Shown here piece after piece: positions 30,852 through 41,011 of a DNA stretch of 64,000 bases. The notes beneath the pieces were generated by a model. The model worked only from the letters and a program-made list of their open reading frames with translations. It was not told where the DNA came from and made no database searches. Origin of the DNA: Microgenomates group bacterium Gr01-1014_7 (GTDB taxonomy: Bacteria; Patescibacteriota; Microgenomatia; Daviesbacterales; UBA10151); the NCBI GenBank assembly GCA_007376405.1, contig VMGD01000001.1, positions 66,891 to 130,890 on the forward strand, given 5' to 3'. Position numbers and translations under genes: made by a program. Numbering within the stretch: the first letter of the stretch is position 1; each line of letters opens with the position of its first letter.

Positions 30852-31726
30852 AATACAGCTCCCGGTGATGCCAGAAAAAGAGAACCTGCAGTCAAAGAAA
30901 GAAGAGCCATGTGAGCTATATGGTGAGAAGATAATCTAAATACCCCTCTTCTTCTTAAAACACAAATATCAAGAATCAATAATACCGCAATCATCGCAGT
31001 GATTGAATATCCTGCTATTTTGGATACTTTGAAAGGATCAAATAAGGACTTGGCAACAGTTGTTTCTATGGTTGATACTGCTAGCTGAGGTTTATTAAAA
31101 AAATCCTGAGGGGGAACTGCAACAGACTTCCCTTGTACGGTAACGCTGGGTTTTTGAGCCAGATATTCGGTGGTGCCAAATTCCTGCACCACAAGAGTTG
31201 TTTTCTGACCATTTAACACTCCCTCCACCACTGCAATTCCAATATCCCTGTAGTTTGGGTTAAGCAGATTATCCCGGTGAGTGGGGGATTCCACCCAGGC
31301 TTTTACTACCTCATCCGATGAATAAAAATTTTTAGCCAAATTTTCTCCGGCAAAAGTAAATTTGTATCCCGCACCCAAAATAAAATCCCAGGGGGTTTTG
31401 CCCGATGGTGCAAAATGAGCCCAATAATTTTCCTCAAACATATTTTTAGCTTTAAGCGTTGCCGCCTTATCCAAGGCCTCATTTTCAGAAACTGCAGGTA
31501 GACCTTTATTTTGCCGCTCTTTATTGGTCAGTTCAATCAGTCTTTTTTGGTCAATATTGCCGGAAATTCCCAAAATTCCTGGTTTGACAAAACCAACAAT
31601 GGAAAATCCAACCTGTAAAGCCATGAAAAAAAGCACATAGATAAGCAATGCTTCCCAGGAAATAAGATGAGCTTTTTTATGAGTATCCCTATGAGGAATG
31701 AACCATTTATGAATTTTGTGCCACAT
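30848..31726 (-). CDS. CAP/SCP domain membrane-anchored protein
   Basis: TNKERQ, YWAH, AGENLA, WVESPTHRDNLL, DIGIAV; N- and C-terminal TMs. Confidence 0.9.
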   Translation of the reverse strand: MWHKIHKWFIPHRDTHKKAHLISWEALLIYVLFFMALQVGFSIVGFVKPGILGISGNIDQKRLIELTNKERQNKGLPAVSENEALDKAATLKAKNMFEENYWAHFAPSGKTPWDFILGAGYKFTFAGENLAKNFYSSDEVVKAWVESPTHRDNLLNPNYRDIGIAVVEGVLNGQKTTLVVQEFGTTEYLAQKPSVTVQGKSVAVPPQDFFNKPQLAVSTIETTVAKSLFDPFKVSKIAGYSITAMIAVLLILDICVLRRRGVFRLSSHHIAHMALLSLTAGSLFLASPGAVL

Positions 31727-31730
31727 TCTA

Positions 31731-32033
31731 TCAGTATACCAAATCTGTTTCTAATTTCTTACCGTTAACAGGAATCCCTAAAGAAAACCCTAAGGCATTA
31801 GCCACAGAAACTCCCACCCGCAATCCTGTAAAACTCCCAGGCCCGGTTTCAACTTCTATTCCTTTAAGAGTTCTTAGCTCATAGTTCGTAGTTCTTAGTA
31901 ATTTAATAATTAGTGGCAATAAAACCTGTGAACCATACTCATTTTCCTCGCTTAAACTCCCCACTACTTCCCCATTCTTTTTCAAAGTTACAGTAATCTG
32001 CTTCCGGTCTTTGGTATTAATATGAAGAACCAT
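31731..32033 (-). CDS. tsaB: t6A biosynthesis protein TsaB, short single-domain form
   Basis: SQVLLPLI, GPGSFTGLRVGVSVANAL signature; only 100 aa. Confidence 0.85.
   Translation of the reverse strand: MVLHINTKDRKQITVTLKKNGEVVGSLSEENEYGSQVLLPLIIKLLRTTNYELRTLKGIEVETGPGSFTGLRVGVSVANALGFSLGIPVNGKKLETDLVY
31869..31896. repeat. Degenerate 7-bp tandem repeat x4 inside tsaB
   Basis: agttctt agctcat agttcgt agttctt; encodes RTTNYELRT. Confidence 0.75.
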
Positions 32034-32102
32034 GAAAAGAATTTTAACATAAAGTAGTGCCCGATCAATGATTCACAATGACGAATAAGATATAATTCTT
32101 TC

Positions 32103-33194
32103 ATGGAAGAAATTAGGTCCAAATTGGAAGAGTTAAAAAAAAGATTTAATAAAATATCCCAGTCAATTGACCGGGACAATTTGCAAAAAGAAATTAGAGA
32201 GCTTGAGGCCCTGACTATGAAAGAGGGCTTTTGGAATGATCAAATTCAAGCCAGAAAAGTTTCCCAAGACCTTGCAGATAAACAAAAGCAGCTGGAAAGC
32301 TTGGAAAATTTAGAAAAAAGAATCTCGGATGCACTGGAGCTATCAGGAGATGCAGAAATGCAGGAAGAGCTACAAGAAGAAGCCAGTAGAATTGAGATTT
32401 TGCTTAAAGATTTTGAATTAAAAACTTTCCTGTCCGGGCCATATGATAAATCAGAAGCCATAGTTTCTATCCATTCAGGGACAGGAGGGGTGGAAGCCAT
32501 GGACTGGACAGCCATGCTGGCCCGGATGTATCAGAGATTTTTTGAAAGAAAGGACTGGAAGTTTGAAGTAACCGATGAAAATCCCGGTGAAGAAGCAGGC
32601 TATAAAACTTTTTCCATGATAGTCCATATCCCTTTTGCTTATGGCAATTTAAGGGGCGAGGCAGGAACTCACCGCTTGGTCCGCCAATCCCCTTTCAATG
32701 CTGACAAACTCCGCCAAACTTCCTTTGCTTTAGTTGAAGTTCTGCCGGTTATTGAAGATTCCAAAGAAATAGAAATAAAAGATGACGAAATAGAGTTTGA
32801 TGCTTTCAGATCGGGTGGAGCAGGTGGGCAGAATGTTAATAAAGTTTCAACAGCAGTCCGCCTTAAACACAAACCATCCGGTATTGTAGTTACCTGTCAA
32901 ACTGAGCGGTCTCAACTGCAAAATCGGGAAAACGCTTTGAAAATGCTTAAGGCAAAAATATGGGAACGCCAGCAAACTGAAAAACAAACACAAACCTCGC
33001 AATTAAAAGGGGGTAAAACCCAGGCCTCCTGGGGAACTCAAATCAGATCATATGTCCTGCACCCCTATCATATGGTTAAAGATTTAAGAACCAATGTTGA
33101 GACATCAGACACCGATGCTGTTTTAGATGGAGACTTGACTGAGTTTATTGAAGCAGAACTTAAGGGGCTTGCCCCGAGCGAAAGAGAGGGGTAG
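32103..33194 (+). CDS. prfB: Peptide chain release factor 2, no frameshift
   Basis: HRLVRQSPF (SPF anticodon mimic), [24 protein letters not shown]; single continuous ORF. Confidence 0.96.
   Translation: MEEIRSKLEELKKRFNKISQSIDRDNLQKEIRELEALTMKEGFWNDQIQARKVSQDLADKQKQLESLENLEKRISDALELSGDAEMQEELQEEASRIEILLKDFELKTFLSGPYDKSEAIVSIHSGTGGVEAMDWTAMLARMYQRFFERKDWKFEVTDENPGEEAGYKTFSMIVHIPFAYGNLRGEAGTHRLVRQSPFNADKLRQTSFALVEVLPVIEDSKEIEIKDDEIEFDAFRSGGAGGQNVNKVSTAVRLKHKPSGIVVTCQTERSQLQNRENALKMLKAKIWERQQTEKQTQTSQLKGGKTQASWGTQIRSYVLHPYHMVKDLRTNVETSDTDAVLDGDLTEFIEAELKGLAPSEREG
33168..33191 (+). repeat. Putative REP-like short element forming the prfB C-terminal tail
   Basis: CTTGCCCCGAGCGAAAGAGAGGGG, GC-rich imperfect hairpin after the conserved RF2 end; encodes LAPSEREG. 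Confidence 0.45.
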
Positions 33195-33230
33195 ACAAAT
33201 TACTTAAGTTATGGTTAATATAGAAAGTAC

Positions 33231-33674
33231 ATGGAAAAAATAGATTCTGAAGGAGTAGAAAAAATTACCAGGCCAGTTCTAACTGAAAACCCAACCAGGT
33301 TACTTATGGGGGTAGTTATAGCGGCTTTAGTTTTAGGAGGGGTTACAGGCTATATACTTTCCACCAAAGGCAACTCTTCTTCCTCAGTTTCAATTCCGGG
33401 AACTGCCGCAAAAACTGCCCAACAGGATACCCGCACCTTTAAAGATTTTGCCGAAGGCACAGTTAAGGCCCGTCCCCAGCCCTCGGATGCAGGAGAATAT
33501 GTAGAGGGGACTCATATTCTGGAGCGTGCAGGAGCAGTACCTGTAGCTCTTACTTCTTCCGTGGTTGATTTATCAAAATATGAGGGTAAAAAAGTTAAGG
33601 TTTACGGTGAAACTCAAAAAGCTTTAAAAGAAGGCTGGTTAATGGATGTAGGTAAAGTAGAAGAGATTAAATGA
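33231..33674 (+). CDS. Membrane-anchored hypothetical protein with a small beta-rich (OB-like) domain
   Basis: One TM, S-rich linker, DLSKYEGKKVKVYG; directly upstream of ftsE. Confidence 0.7.
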   Translation: MEKIDSEGVEKITRPVLTENPTRLLMGVVIAALVLGGVTGYILSTKGNSSSSVSIPGTAAKTAQQDTRTFKDFAEGTVKARPQPSDAGEYVEGTHILERAGAVPVALTSSVVDLSKYEGKKVKVYGETQKALKEGWLMDVGKVEEIK

Positions 33675-33677
33675 GAA

Positions 33678-34358
33678 ATGATTTTATTCGAGTCGGTTTC
33701 AAAGAAATTCGGTTCTACAATTGCCCTTGATGATGTCTCTTTAGAGATAAAACAGGGGGAATTTGTTTTTATTGTTGGACCCTCCGGTGCCGGCAAATCC
33801 ACACTTCTTAGAATTCTCACCCGGGAAATAGTTCCATCCTCAGGCAGGGTAAAGGTGGGGGAAATGGATCTTACAAAAATAAAAGACAAAAATGTTCCGC
33901 ATTTGCGAAGGAAAATCGGGGTGGTTTTTCAGGATTTTAAACTGCTGGATGACCGGACGGTTTTTGAGCAGGTGGCTCTGACTTTAGAGGTCTTAGGTAA
34001 AACCGATGAGGAAATAGGAAAGCAGGTTGAACATATCCTCAAACTGGTAGAAATCTGGGGCCGCCGCAATTTATTTCCCAGACAGCTTTCAGGAGGGGAG
34101 GCTCAGCGAACTGCAATTGCCAGAGCTGTCGTGGGAAAACCGGATATTCTTCTGGCTGATGAACCAACAGGCGATTTGGACCTCAAAACCGCTTGGGGAG
34201 TAATCCAGCTTTTAAATGAAATTAATTCCTGGGGCACAACTATAGTCATGGCCACCCATAATCAGGAAATTGTTAATACTTTGAAACGCCGGGTTATAGT
34301 ATTAAAAAGGGGCAAAATCGCAAGCGATTCTAAAGTAGGAAAATATACAATTCATTAA
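33678..34358 (+). CDS. ftsE: Cell division ATP-binding protein FtsE
   Basis: GPSGAGKST, LRRKIGVVFQDFKLL, LSGGE, LADEPTGDLD, ATH; followed by ftsX. Confidence 0.95.
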   Translation: MILFESVSKKFGSTIALDDVSLEIKQGEFVFIVGPSGAGKSTLLRILTREIVPSSGRVKVGEMDLTKIKDKNVPHLRRKIGVVFQDFKLLDDRTVFEQVALTLEVLGKTDEEIGKQVEHILKLVEIWGRRNLFPRQLSGGEAQRTAIARAVVGKPDILLADEPTGDLDLKTAWGVIQLLNEINSWGTTIVMATHNQEIVNTLKRRVIVLKRGKIASDSKVGKYTIH

Positions 34359-34361
34359 AAT

Positions 34362-35234
34362 ATGAACCGAAGCCTTACGTTTACTAAAAGAAATATCAGA
34401 CGCACTCCGATGCAGGCCATTGCCGCCTCAATGGTCATGTTTTTGACCTTTTTGGCATTACTTATCTTTATTCTGGTAGCCGCAGGATCACAAGCTTCTC
34501 TAAAATATTTTGAGAGCAAGCCGCAAGTGATTGCCTTTTTTAAGGAAGGCACCACCGATGCGGATGTTTCAGCCATAGAAAACGCTCTATCCCAGGAATC
34601 AAGAGTAACCAAGACCAAATTTGTTTCAAAAGAGGAAGCCTTAAAAATTTATCGGGAGAAAAATAAAAACGATCCTGCTCTTTTGGAACTTGTTACCGCC
34701 AGTATCCTACCCGCATCTTTGGAAATATCAACCAAAGACCCAAAGGATTTACAGCCGATTGCCGAAATCCTGAAAAAAGAACCGGCTGTTTCCGAGGTGA
34801 TTGTGCCGGAAGATGTAGTCCAAACTCTAACTTCTGTTACCAGCATTATCAGAATAGTAGGGTCTATGATAGTTGGATTTTTGATGATCTTTGCTACCCT
34901 TGTTGTGGTAATGATTATCGGATTTAAAATCAGACTTAAAAGAAACGAGATAGAAATTATGCGGCTTTTAGGCGCGTCCCCTGCTTTTATCAGAAACCCA
35001 TTTCTTCTGGAAGGAATTTTTTACGGCGTAGCCGGAGCATTTTCCGCCTGGGCAGTCACTTATCTTTTGCTTTGGTACTTTACCCCGTTTTTACAAGGAT
35101 ATTTAGGTGAAGTTAAGCTTTTGCCTGTGAATCCTCTATTTATGCTGGCAATTCTTATTTGCGCACTGCTGGCTGCCTGTATAATTGGCGGACTGGGATC
35201 ATTTAGTGCAGTCAGAAGATATCTTAAGATATGA
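34362..35234 (+). CDS. ftsX: Cell division permease FtsX
   Basis: FVSKEEAL, LPASLEI, RNEIEIMRLLGAS..IRNPFLLEG; 4 TMs. Confidence 0.93.
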   Translation: MNRSLTFTKRNIRRTPMQAIAASMVMFLTFLALLIFILVAAGSQASLKYFESKPQVIAFFKEGTTDADVSAIENALSQESRVTKTKFVSKEEALKIYREKNKNDPALLELVTASILPASLEISTKDPKDLQPIAEILKKEPAVSEVIVPEDVVQTLTSVTSIIRIVGSMIVGFLMIFATLVVVMIIGFKIRLKRNEIEIMRLLGASPAFIRNPFLLEGIFYGVAGAFSAWAVTYLLLWYFTPFLQGYLGEVKLLPVNPLFMLAILICALLAACIIGGLGSFSAVRRYLKI

Positions 35235-35246
35235 CCTGTCTATCAT

Positions 35247-36395
35247 ATGAAACGAACAATCTTCATCCTGTTTATTCTGTTTTCTTCACTTCTCACTTAC
35301 CCCATCTTTGCCCAATCTCCTGATGATCTAACCAAACAGCTTCAGGAAAAACAGACAGAAATTCAAAAACTGGAAGAGGGCCTGCAGAATGCCAGGAATC
35401 AGGAGAAAACTTTAAAATCACAGCTTAATTTAATTGACGGCCAGACCAAAGTCACTACCTTAAAAATCGAAGAAACCAATTTAAAAATAGAAAAGCTAAA
35501 AAGAGAAATCTCCGACTTATCAGGAAGAATCAATCGAATCTCAACAACCCTAGATGCACTCTCGGAAATTCTGCTTAAAAGAATTATCCAAACATATAAG
35601 TATAGCAATGCTGTTTCAACTTTCGATCTAATCTTTTCCTCACACGGCTTTGCCGAGCTTTTGGAAAGATTAAAATATATTCAGGTAGCTCAAACCTATG
35701 ACAAAAAGAAATTATATGAACTGCAGGCAACCAAATTTGCCTACAATGAACAAAAACAAGACAAGGAGACGAGACAACAAGAGGCTGAAAAATTAAATAA
35801 AGACCTGGAAGTTTATAAAAAACAGCTGGATGAACAGAAAAGGGCCAAGGATGAGCTTTTGAGAGTTACTCAAAATGATGAAGCCAGGTTTCAGCAGGAA
35901 CTGGCAAGGCTTCGTGCAGATATTGCCTCTATTTCTCTGGCATTATCCAATGTTGGAGCAAAAATCGGACCGGTTAATAAAGGAGATACAATTGCAGCAA
36001 TGGGATCAACCGGCTGTTCAACAGGACCGCATTTACATTACGAGGTTTATGAAAATGCAAAAATAGAAGGGGGAAAAGTGACAGGAAATAGAGTGAATCC
36101 TCATAACTTCCTTGACAGCGGCAAACTTGGTTCTCCATTGCAAGGTTATCCCGGTGACACAACCATTACCACAGAATTTGGGGAAGTATATTTCTTGGGA
36201 ACACATACAGGTTTGGATATAGCACCAAAAAAATATGAAGGAGTTGGCAGGGGGATTTTAGCATCGGAAAAAGGAGTTGCATATTCCGTATCTGCACCTT
36301 GCAGCTATAACATTTCAGGTGGATCATCTGTTGGTAAGGGGGTAGTTATTGACCATGAAAACGGCACAGTCACTTTATACTGGCATATCCTCTGA
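35247..36395 (+). CDS. Secreted coiled-coil peptidoglycan hydrolase with a circularly permuted M23 domain (FtsEX partner)
   Basis: Signal peptide, long PcsB/CwlO-like coiled coil, STGPHLHYEV before HTGLD and LYWH. Confidence 0.85.
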   Translation: MKRTIFILFILFSSLLTYPIFAQSPDDLTKQLQEKQTEIQKLEEGLQNARNQEKTLKSQLNLIDGQTKVTTLKIEETNLKIEKLKREISDLSGRINRISTTLDALSEILLKRIIQTYKYSNAVSTFDLIFSSHGFAELLERLKYIQVAQTYDKKKLYELQATKFAYNEQKQDKETRQQEAEKLNKDLEVYKKQLDEQKRAKDELLRVTQNDEARFQQELARLRADIASISLALSNVGAKIGPVNKGDTIAAMGSTGCSTGPHLHYEVYENAKIEGGKVTGNRVNPHNFLDSGKLGSPLQGYPGDTTITTEFGEVYFLGTHTGLDIAPKKYEGVGRGILASEKGVAYSVSAPCSYNISGGSSVGKGVVIDHENGTVTLYWHIL

Positions 36396-36416
36396 TATTT
36401 AACTATTATTAAGGTA

Positions 36417-37532
36417 GTGAGAACACTAATAATTTTCTTGCTTCTTTTTTATCCAGTAGCACCTGTCTTTGCTGCAGACCCACCTATTCTGACAAGTCCT
36501 TCAAATAACTCTACTGTCGCCTCTTCAACTCTAAACTGGCAAGCACCACTCTATCCAGTTTGCTCAAACTATGATGCTTACAGGGTACAAGTAGATAATG
36601 ATCCTTCGTTTCCAAGTTCAAGTATATATAGAAATATCTATACAAAAAATACTTATTACACTCCACAACTTACTTTGGGTACTTGGTACTGGAGAGTTAT
36701 GGTAAGAGATGAAACATGCAATAATTGGAGTAGTTGGAGTACTGTTTGGTCTTTTATCCTAGCAACCTCTACCCCATCACCTACTCCGACCCCTTCATCC
36801 ACACCAACATCATCCTCATCTACTTCATCTAACTCTTCCAGCTCATCAGCTTCCACGTTTACTATCTCCAACACTCCCTCACAAATTAATTCCGACCAGT
36901 CATCTAATGTTTCAGTTAATTTAGCTTTACCAGATAATCCTAATACCTCATTTTATCTAAAAGGTGCCTTTAAAAAATCTGATGGTTCCAATTATTTTGG
37001 ACTGACTAAAGTTTCCGGCAGCTGGATAAAAAATGGCAGTACATATTCTAATCAATATCCCGTCAAAACTAATTCATCCGGTAATTGGTCAGGCAATTTG
37101 GAAATTCAACCGGATGCTGATGACTCCGGTTTTACAGGTAGCGATGATTATATTTTCAAAGTAGGTAGATATACATCATCTGGTTCAGGACCTACTTGGA
37201 GCAACGAAACAACTATTAAAATAGTCGCTGCCTCCACCAATCAAGGTGCTACAACTGAAACATCATCTAAAACTTCCGACTCACCAACCGTAACTTCCCC
37301 ACCGCAAACTGCAAAAGCTATTCCCGCAAATTCTTCATCAAAAAATTCCGGTAATGTTGAGTATCACATTGCATCTGTTGCTGCAGTTTCCAGCGGATCT
37401 GCCACACCATCTACTGTAGAAGTTAAAAGTGAAAAAAGGCCAAACTTCTTACCCTTTATTGGTGGAGTGCTAATTTTGGCTGGACTTGGCTCTTTAGGCT
37501 ATATATACTTACGCAGTAAAAAAATCATATGA
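36417..37532 (+). CDS. Surface protein: signal peptide, Fn3/Ig-like domain, S/T/P-rich linkers, C-terminal TM anchor
   Basis: YRVQVDNDPSF, GTWYWRV, WSSWS; TPSPTPTPSSTPTSSSS; hydrophobic C-terminus followed by RSKK. Confidence 0.8.
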   Translation: MRTLIIFLLLFYPVAPVFAADPPILTSPSNNSTVASSTLNWQAPLYPVCSNYDAYRVQVDNDPSFPSSSIYRNIYTKNTYYTPQLTLGTWYWRVMVRDETCNNWSSWSTVWSFILATSTPSPTPTPSSTPTSSSSTSSNSSSSSASTFTISNTPSQINSDQSSNVSVNLALPDNPNTSFYLKGAFKKSDGSNYFGLTKVSGSWIKNGSTYSNQYPVKTNSSGNWSGNLEIQPDADDSGFTGSDDYIFKVGRYTSSGSGPTWSNETTIKIVAASTNQGATTETSSKTSDSPTVTSPPQTAKAIPANSSSKNSGNVEYHIASVAAVSSGSATPSTVEVKSEKRPNFLPFIGGVLILAGLGSLGYIYLRSKKII

Positions 37533-37948
37533 AAAAATATATTACCCGCTCGGAAACAGAAACCAAAAAACTGGCCGAAAGATTTGCCCAAAAATTTTCC
37601 GGTAGAGTCATTACCTTAACAGGCGAACTCGGCGCAGGAAAAACCACTTTTGTTCAAGGCTTTGCCAGAGGACTGGGAATTAAAGAAAAAATTATCTCCC
37701 CCACTTTTGTCCTAATCCGCCAGCACAAAATCCCAAATTCTTCAAAAGCACTTTTTCATATTGATCTTTACAGACTGGATGATATTTCACATATTGACAA
37801 TTTGGGCCTTAAGGAAATTCTAGAAAATCCCGATAACATAGTGATTATTGAATGGCCGGAAAAAATAAAGAAATTTTTACCAAAAAATCCTACCTGGATA
37901 ACCTTTGAAACTTCAAAAGATAATAAAAGGGAAATTATTGCCAATTAA
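37529..37948 (+). CDS. tsaE: t6A biosynthesis ATPase TsaE
   Basis: GELGAGKTTF, SPTF, HIDLYRL, IEW. Confidence 0.96.
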   Translation: MKKYITRSETETKKLAERFAQKFSGRVITLTGELGAGKTTFVQGFARGLGIKEKIISPTFVLIRQHKIPNSSKALFHIDLYRLDDISHIDNLGLKEILENPDNIVIIEWPEKIKKFLPKNPTWITFETSKDNKREIIAN

Positions 37949-39470
37949 CTTCTTTTCTAATTTCAACTTCCAAGGGGCCTACCATTTCTTTTCCAATAGT
38001 TTCCCAATTGTATTTAATAAAATCCCCTTCCCATCCAAAGCGGGTATAATTTCTATTAGGTTCTTTAATCAGAAAAACTAATCCTGAAAAATTCTCTTTT
38101 GATCCTTGGAATTTATCTTGACTGGGAATATATGGCGGTTTATTGGGGGAATAGACATACTCACCCGGTATATATCCATAGGTCTTTTTTCCATACCACC
38201 AGAAAAGATATTGATATGGATAGTCATAAACCGAAGGAAGATAAGTATAAACCCTAAAGTTTTGCCCTTCTGCTTTTTTATAGACATAATCTATTGCAGC
38301 TATCTCATTTTTATATAAAGAAGGATCCATATTAATTTTACCAACATCATTAAGAAAAAAATTAAAAATATTTACCAGGGCAAAAAAACAAATCAAAATC
38401 CCAATAATCGGCGCAATTAGTTTCCCCATCAAATTAAAATCCCTAATTTCTTTTAATAAAAAACCAATCAGTATTAAAGATGCACTCATCTCTCCACCCA
38501 AATGCCAGGGATTAACCGCAACCGGCAAAATCAAATAACCTAAAAATGGAACAAAAATATAAACTAAGGAAAGTATTACTAATGAGTTTTTTTTAACTGC
38601 GCTTTTCCAAATTTTTAAAATCAGTAAAATAAATAGTCCCAAAATGATCCAGGCAAGAGTCTGATGATTCATCAAAGTCGGCACAAAAGTATTAAAAAAA
38701 GAAGAGGAGATAGTTTGAAGTCTTGCTGCCGGATTAAACCCCATTCCGGATGAGCCCTGATCTAAAAAGTTAAGTACAGACTTGCTCATAATAAATTGAT
38801 GCCTTAAATCAAAAATAATTTGGGGCATTAAAATTACTACAAAGAAGATACTACCCAGCCAAAAAGCTTTCTTTTTTAATAAATTCTTTTTTATAAAAAA
38901 AGTGGACACTAAAATAATCACTGGAATAAAAATCCCAAAATTCATTTCAAAATTAAAAAATAACCCTCCCAGAAACCAGGCAGAAATACTATATAAAAAC
39001 CTTCCGGTTTCCAGATATTTAAAAAGTAAAAAAATAAAAAGCGGTGTTAAAAGTGTCACCGGATTTGGGTTAAAAGCATAAAGGTTTGTTAGCACTATAT
39101 AATTTGATGCAACCCATAATAATCCTATTGTTATAGTAATCCAGGTTCCCCATTTACTGACCAGCTTTAGCAGAAAAAATCCTCCAATTGCCCAAAGAAT
39201 TATTTCCATAATAATAGATGCATAGGGATCACCGCCGGATAATACAAATGGGATAGCCAGCAAATAATACCAAGCCGGACCGTTAAACAATCCTTCGATT
39301 GCAGAGGTTGGACCAATCAACCTGAGTTTGTGTAAAACTACCATTTCTCTCACATCCACCATATCTCTGGCATTATCCATGTTAAAAAGAAAATTTCCAT
39401 TCCAGGTAAGAAACAGTCTATATAAGATTCCTGCCAGTAAAATGCCCAGAATTAATTTACTGTTTCGCAT
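37935..39470 (-). CDS. GT-C fold membrane glycosyltransferase (DxARD type)
   Basis: FNMDNARD, IGPTS, GPAWYY, FNPN, PQIIFDLRH; likely ATG at 39470. Confidence 0.8.
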   Translation of the reverse strand: MRNSKLILGILLAGILYRLFLTWNGNFLFNMDNARDMVDVREMVVLHKLRLIGPTSAIEGLFNGPAWYYLLAIPFVLSGGDPYASIIMEIILWAIGGFFLLKLVSKWGTWITITIGLLWVASNYIVLTNLYAFNPNPVTLLTPLFIFLLFKYLETGRFLYSISAWFLGGLFFNFEMNFGIFIPVIILVSTFFIKKNLLKKKAFWLGSIFFVVILMPQIIFDLRHQFIMSKSVLNFLDQGSSGMGFNPAARLQTISSSFFNTFVPTLMNHQTLAWIILGLFILLILKIWKSAVKKNSLVILSLVYIFVPFLGYLILPVAVNPWHLGGEMSASLILIGFLLKEIRDFNLMGKLIAPIIGILICFFALVNIFNFFLNDVGKINMDPSLYKNEIAAIDYVYKKAEGQNFRVYTYLPSVYDYPYQYLFWWYGKKTYGYIPGEYVYSPNKPPYIPSQDKFQGSKENFSGLVFLIKEPNRNYTRFGWEGDFIKYNWETIGKEMVGPLEVEIRKEVNWQ

Positions 39471-40950
39471 CTGATTTTGGTTTTCTAAATTGGAGAATGA
39501 GTCCCTCATATTTAATTTCGCTAATCAAATCTGTTTTACTGTTTTCGGAACCTATTTCAAGATTAAATTCAGTATCCGGTATCCCCACGTGCGGTTCTAT
39601 TATAAAAAAACTTTTATCCAATGGTTTATCTATCTTTTTCAAATCATTAACTCCTAAAAGCCCGACTTGATCATGACCGGTAAATTCCGGGACATATCCG
39701 TATTTTTGTTTACCGTACCATGAATAAAGATAGGCCCAAGTAGTATTTGTCCAAAGCGGCAAAGTTAAAGTATTTATGGAAAACGGTTGACCTTCTGCTT
39801 TTTTATAAGTTTGATCAATTAAATCGATTTGATTTTTCAAAACCATATCATTAGGAATAACTAAAATGATTTGTCCTAAAGGAGAATTTTTAAAATGGGA
39901 GTAAAGATTAGATACAATAATTAAAAGAACTAACAACACAGCAAGGACCTTACTCCATTTAGTAAGAATTTTTATCATGTTGATAACGGCCAAAATTGCT
40001 CCAACCACTAACCCCACATTTGCATATGTATTACTATGCCCTCCGAAAATAAAAATAGGAAAATTTGAAAACAGATAAAAAAGTATTAACTTTTCTTTTC
40101 TAAGAAATGGCAAAACAACTAAAGCCAAAAGCCCCCCTAAAAAAACATTTGTTGGGAAAAAGTTATAAATAAAAATCTCAGAAAACCTATCCACATAATT
40201 TAACAAGGCTTGGCTAAATGGTGGCCTGAAATCAACTTGGGTAGCGGTGGCAATATTTAGAAAGCCACCCAGAAATGTTTGAAGAGTTTGAAATTTAATG
40301 GCGGCAATGATAAAAGGGCTTAATCCCAAAATAGCTAGAATTGAAGAAATCCTAATTTGGTTCAAAGTTACTTTGATTTTAAAAAGGTAACCAAAAATAG
40401 GTATTAAAAGTAAAAGATAAATTAAGAAAAATTGAAATTGGGAAGAGATTACTGCCGAAAGAAAGGCAAGATACAAAGCCTTATTCTCTCCCTTTTGCCA
40501 GATTCTTAAAAAGTAGAAAAATAATATAACAGTTAAAATTGAAGGTGAGGGATTTGAAAGCCAAGGGCCATATTGATTTGCCTCAAAGGAAACAGCAAAC
40601 AATAAACCTGCCAGTATTGCCCATTTAATATTTTTAAATAAATCTTTAGCAAGAAACATAATAGGAAAAACTGCTAAAGAGTTAAGAAAGGCTAAGAAAA
40701 ATGCAACCACTCGTGGATCACCTTTACCTAGTCCATAAAAAGGAGCTAAAAGATAATAGTAGAGTGCACCATGAAATAAACCAGGAGTTGATGTAGGTGG
40801 GCCTAAAATTTTTAAATCACCATTCCAAATTTGCAACGCAATAAAGGCATCTCTTGCCATATCGTAATGAAAAGAAACCGCTCCTTGAGAAATAAAAAGG
40901 ATGCGTAAAATAAAAGCTAAAATTATCAGAGGCAGTATAATTTTTAACAC
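39457..40950 (-). CDS. GT-C fold membrane glycosyltransferase (DxARD type)
   Basis: FHYDMARD, GPPTSTPGLFHGALYYY, WLSNP; GTG start. Confidence 0.8.
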   Translation of the reverse strand: MLKIILPLIILAFILRILFISQGAVSFHYDMARDAFIALQIWNGDLKILGPPTSTPGLFHGALYYYLLAPFYGLGKGDPRVVAFFLAFLNSLAVFPIMFLAKDLFKNIKWAILAGLLFAVSFEANQYGPWLSNPSPSILTVILFFYFLRIWQKGENKALYLAFLSAVISSQFQFFLIYLLLLIPIFGYLFKIKVTLNQIRISSILAILGLSPFIIAAIKFQTLQTFLGGFLNIATATQVDFRPPFSQALLNYVDRFSEIFIYNFFPTNVFLGGLLALVVLPFLRKEKLILFYLFSNFPIFIFGGHSNTYANVGLVVGAILAVINMIKILTKWSKVLAVLLVLLIIVSNLYSHFKNSPLGQIILVIPNDMVLKNQIDLIDQTYKKAEGQPFSINTLTLPLWTNTTWAYLYSWYGKQKYGYVPEFTGHDQVGLLGVNDLKKIDKPLDKSFFIIEPHVGIPDTEFNLEIGSENSKTDLISEIKYEGLILQFRKPKSDAKQ

Positions 40951-41011
40951 TACACCAATATAATCTTACTTTTAAAAACTTGCAATAGGATTTAGTATAA
41001 TAACTTATGTT

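Noticed and set aside
36761-36860. Low-complexity repeats in the surface protein (also 50110-50700)
   Set aside because: Explained by Ser/Thr/Pro codon runs; there is no repeat-spacer structure, so not CRISPR.
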